Positions 20,804-23,953 of a DNA stretch of 23,953 nucleotides are shown one piece after another. The notes beneath the pieces are model-generated. The model searched no databases. It was not told where the DNA came from and was given only the letters and a program-made list of their open reading frames with translations. Origin of the DNA: Octopus sinensis (lineage: Eukaryota). The first letter of the stretch is position 1; each line of letters opens with the position of its first letter. The stretch lies in contig NW_021836427.1 of NCBI RefSeq assembly GCF_006345805.1, positions 1-23,953 of the forward strand, given 5' to 3'. The position numbers and the translations under genes are program-made.

Positions 20804-20854
<51 letters not shown>

Positions 20855-20938
20855 TTTGCTTCTTTTAGTTATTTTTTCGATTGCATTCTGGACATCAATA
20901 ATTTCATCCGATTTCAGTTCAGTATGGATCTCTTTAAC
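20855..20938 (-). CDS. Candidate 84-nt phase 0-0 internal exon (VKEIHTELKSDEIIDVQNAIEKITKRSK)
   Basis: Long T-rich tract, ctaat branch-like motif and tag acceptor; only one open frame; donor AAA|gtaata; protein-like composition; no family recognised. Confidence 0.4.
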
Positions 20939-21538
20939 CTACACAGAGTCATTAGAAAAGAAAAAACAAAACAAAACAAAACAATGTATTCAGAATATCG
21001 CACATGGCATATTTACTCTTAACTGTGGTGATCATGCTTTTTCGTAATCTCACTCATATAAACCAGTCGCTCGGTACATCATTCATTGATCGCTTCATCT
21101 CGGTCAGCAGCTTAAACCTTTGGCTTCATCGTCAATATCCGGAAAATGGAATTTCCTCATCGGCCAGACACTGATTCAATACCAGCAAATCCATATCAGT
21201 ACTTATCGATTACCAGCCGGCTAAATTCATTATTCTTTTCTATACACCTCTAGCGTGGTGTAAATATCAGGGCAATCCATGGCGACGAGTTATCAGTAGG
21301 AATGACAAAAGCCGGTTTGACATTTGGTAGGCTTTTACGGTGTCTGTAACGCAGTCATGACGTGTCATTTAAGTCTAAACTGGATGTCTGTCTGCTGGCG
21401 GATTATTTTCCTAATGTTGCTCTTTTGGGATATGCACCAACGCTTTGTTCGAATATAAATATGCTGTTGCCGTTCTTGTCCCCGTTTTCCATTGATTCAT
21501 GTAATTACATCTGCTTTTATGCGCGTGCGTGCATATTT

Positions 21539-22056
21539 GAGAGAGAGAGTAGGGAGAGAGGGGGAGAAAGGAGTGAGAAGGAGAGAGAGGAGCGAGAGGG
21601 AGAGGGGAGTGAGAGGAAGAGAGAGGAGCGAGAGGGAGAGAGGAGTGAGAGGAAGAGAGAGGAGCGAGAGGGAGAGAGGAGTGAGAGGAAGAGAGAGGAG
21701 CGAGAGGGAGAGAGGAGTGAGAGGGAGAGAGTGGAGTGAGAGGGAGAGCGAGAGCGAGGAGTCAGAGGGAGAGAGATGAGGGAGAGGGAGAGCGAGGAGG
21801 GAGAGGGAGAGCGAGGAGGGAGAGGGAGAGCGAGGAGGGAGAGGGAGAGCGAGGAGTGAGAGGGGTGAGATAGAGAGAGAGGAGTGAAAGGGAGAGAGTT
21901 GAGTGAGAGGGAGAGAGAAGAGTGAGAGGGAGAGAGAAGAGTGAGATAGAGAGAGATGAATGAGAGGGTGAGAGTGGAGTGAGAGGGAGAGAGGAGTTAG
22001 AGGGAGAGAGGAGGGAGAGGGAGAGAGAGGGGTGAGAAGGGGAGAGGAGCAAGAGA

Positions 22057-22100
<44 letters not shown>
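21539..22100. repeat. GA-rich minisatellite (~36-bp and ~19-bp units) followed by (GT)n
   Basis: The ORF track shows the 12-aa repeat EGERSERKREER, i.e. a 36-bp period; direct reading. Confidence 0.92.
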
Positions 22101-22102
<2 letters not shown>

Positions 22103-22653
22103 TTTTGAATTGTACTATAATGTCATTTCTGTCCCTAATATAGAGCACAACAACGACGTGGAACTTTTATGCGGTCACACGACATGACAGAAACTGCAAC
22201 TAAGTCCACTAAAAATCACACACTACCGAGTTACAAAAAAGCAAAAAAAAAAAAAAAAAACTCATTTGGTGAATGTAGTCTGAAGGCGAGATGGTCATGA
22301 CTGAAACGCTTTTGACTAGAGGTCTGACCGACCAGGTATAATCAGCAGTTACAAAATAACAATAACAATAAGTAGTTTTAAAAAATGATAAATAATCAGA
22401 ACACCCCCCTGTAGCACAGAGCCAAAACATATAACGTCTACATATACACAACTCGATGAAAATTCGTCATCGAAGTATATAGCCGCTGGAGAAGCTTATA
22501 CAACAGTATCCTCATGTTTTATTTCATACGGCATGACATGTTTTTCTTTAGGTATTTTCTCTCGACTTAAGATTTATATCGCAGCCACAGAAGTGTTAAT
22601 AAATGAGTCTTGATCGCCAAATTTGCGTGGATGTTCTGTTATGTTAGAACACA

Positions 22654-23196
22654 GAATACCTATTTCTTTACTACCCACAAGGGGCTAAACACAGAGAGGA
22701 CAAACAAGGACAGACAAACGGATTAAGTTGACTATATCGACCCCAGTGCGTAACTGGTACTTATTTAATCGACCCCCGAGAGGATGAAAGGCAAAGTTGA
22801 CCTCGGAATACCTATTTCTTTACTACCCACAAGGGGCTAAACACAGAGAGGACAAACAAGGACAGACAAACGGATTAAGTTGACTATATCGACCCCAGTG
22901 CGTAACTGGTACTTATTTAATCGACCCCCGAGAGGATGAAAGGCAAAGTTGACCTCGGAATACCTATTTCTTTACTACCCACAAGGGGCTAAACACAGAG
23001 AGGACAAACAAGGACAGACAAACGGATTAAGTCGATTACATCGACCCCAGTGCGTAACTGGTACTTAATTTATCGACCCCGAAAGGATGAAAGGCAAAGT
23101 CGACCTCGGCGGAATTTGAACTCAGAACGTAACGGCAGTCGAAATACGGCTACGCATTTCGCCCGACGTGCTAACGTTTCTGCCAGCTCGCCGTCC
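22654..23196 (-). mobile_element. SINE family A with triplicated 152-bp 3' part and 16-bp TSD
   Basis: Units start at 22654, 22806 and 22958; TSD tagaacacagaatacc at 22645-22660 and 23197-23212. Confidence 0.92.
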
Positions 23197-23454
23197 TAGA
23201 ACACAGAATACCGCGTTATTCACCTTGGAAGGGCCTCTTATATGGACTCATGGTGCATAAAAAGCAATCGTATTTATAAGGCTGACGGACCAGAATCATC
23301 TGCTACAACCGCCGGAACTCCCAGGTCGTGTGATTTCATTCTTCTATAGGTTCCTCGGTGGCAGATGTCCAGGGACTAAAAACACCTGGCACGTTAAAAG
23401 AGTCATTCGACAGAAAACAGAAGACGAAGACAAAAAAAGAAAATAAATCTGATA

Positions 23455-23605
23455 GGAGTGGCTGTGTGGTAAGTAGCTTGCTTACCAACCACATGGTTCT
23501 GGGTTCAGTCGCACTGCATGGCACCTTCGGCAAGTGTCTTCTACTGTAGCCTCGGGCCGACCAAAGCCTTGTGAGTGCATTTGCTAGACGGGAACTGAAA
23601 GAAAA
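23455..23605 (+). mobile_element. SINE family B head and body
   Basis: aggagtggctgtgtggtaagtagcttgcttaccaaccacatggttc...gacgggaactgaaagaa. Confidence 0.85.
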
Positions 23606-23606
23606 C

Positions 23607-23837
<231 letters not shown>

Positions 23838-23953
23838 AACCTGCTCCGGGTGTCAAGAGCAGTACGTAGGCCAAACAAAAAATAGTTTGCGTAAAAGAAT
23901 GGCCCTGCACAGATCTCAGATAAAATTCCCCAAAACAGAAAAATAGCTTTCAG

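Noticed and set aside
20856-21047. Plus-strand 63-aa ORF with a hydrophobic start
   Set aside because: It begins inside the (TTA)n array and overlaps the better-supported minus-strand exon candidate.
22654-23110. Regularly spaced direct repeats as a CRISPR-like array
   Set aside because: The units are contiguous SINE segments without unique spacers, and the context is eukaryotic.

Overview
Eukaryotic, repeat-saturated, mostly non-coding DNA that looks intronic or intergenic. The SINE families and dense microsatellites resemble octopus (coleoid cephalopod) genomes; this is from recall, not a search. Most ORFs in the supplied track are artefacts of microsatellites or SINEs, and I see no complete gene, tRNA, rRNA or CRISPR array. 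Supported features: about 25 copies or fragments of three tRNA-derived SINE families, several with clear target-site duplications; a Lep1/HINE-like Helitron-type element; a 553-bp element sitting in (ATT)n; and a dead LINE chimera in which an R4/Dong-like N-terminus is joined in frame to a Tx1/L1-like C-terminus. Most worth a second look: a near-canonical minimal type-I hammerhead ribozyme in a Penelope/retrozyme-like repeat (10664-10698), the LINE chimera, a ~190-bp foldback hairpin (217-410), a 380-bp local duplication with a microhomology jump, a SINE with a triplicated 3' part from two templates, and several candidate minus-strand exons of an unidentified host gene. None of this amounts to a demonstrated new system. 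The exon and ribozyme calls need computational and experimental checks.
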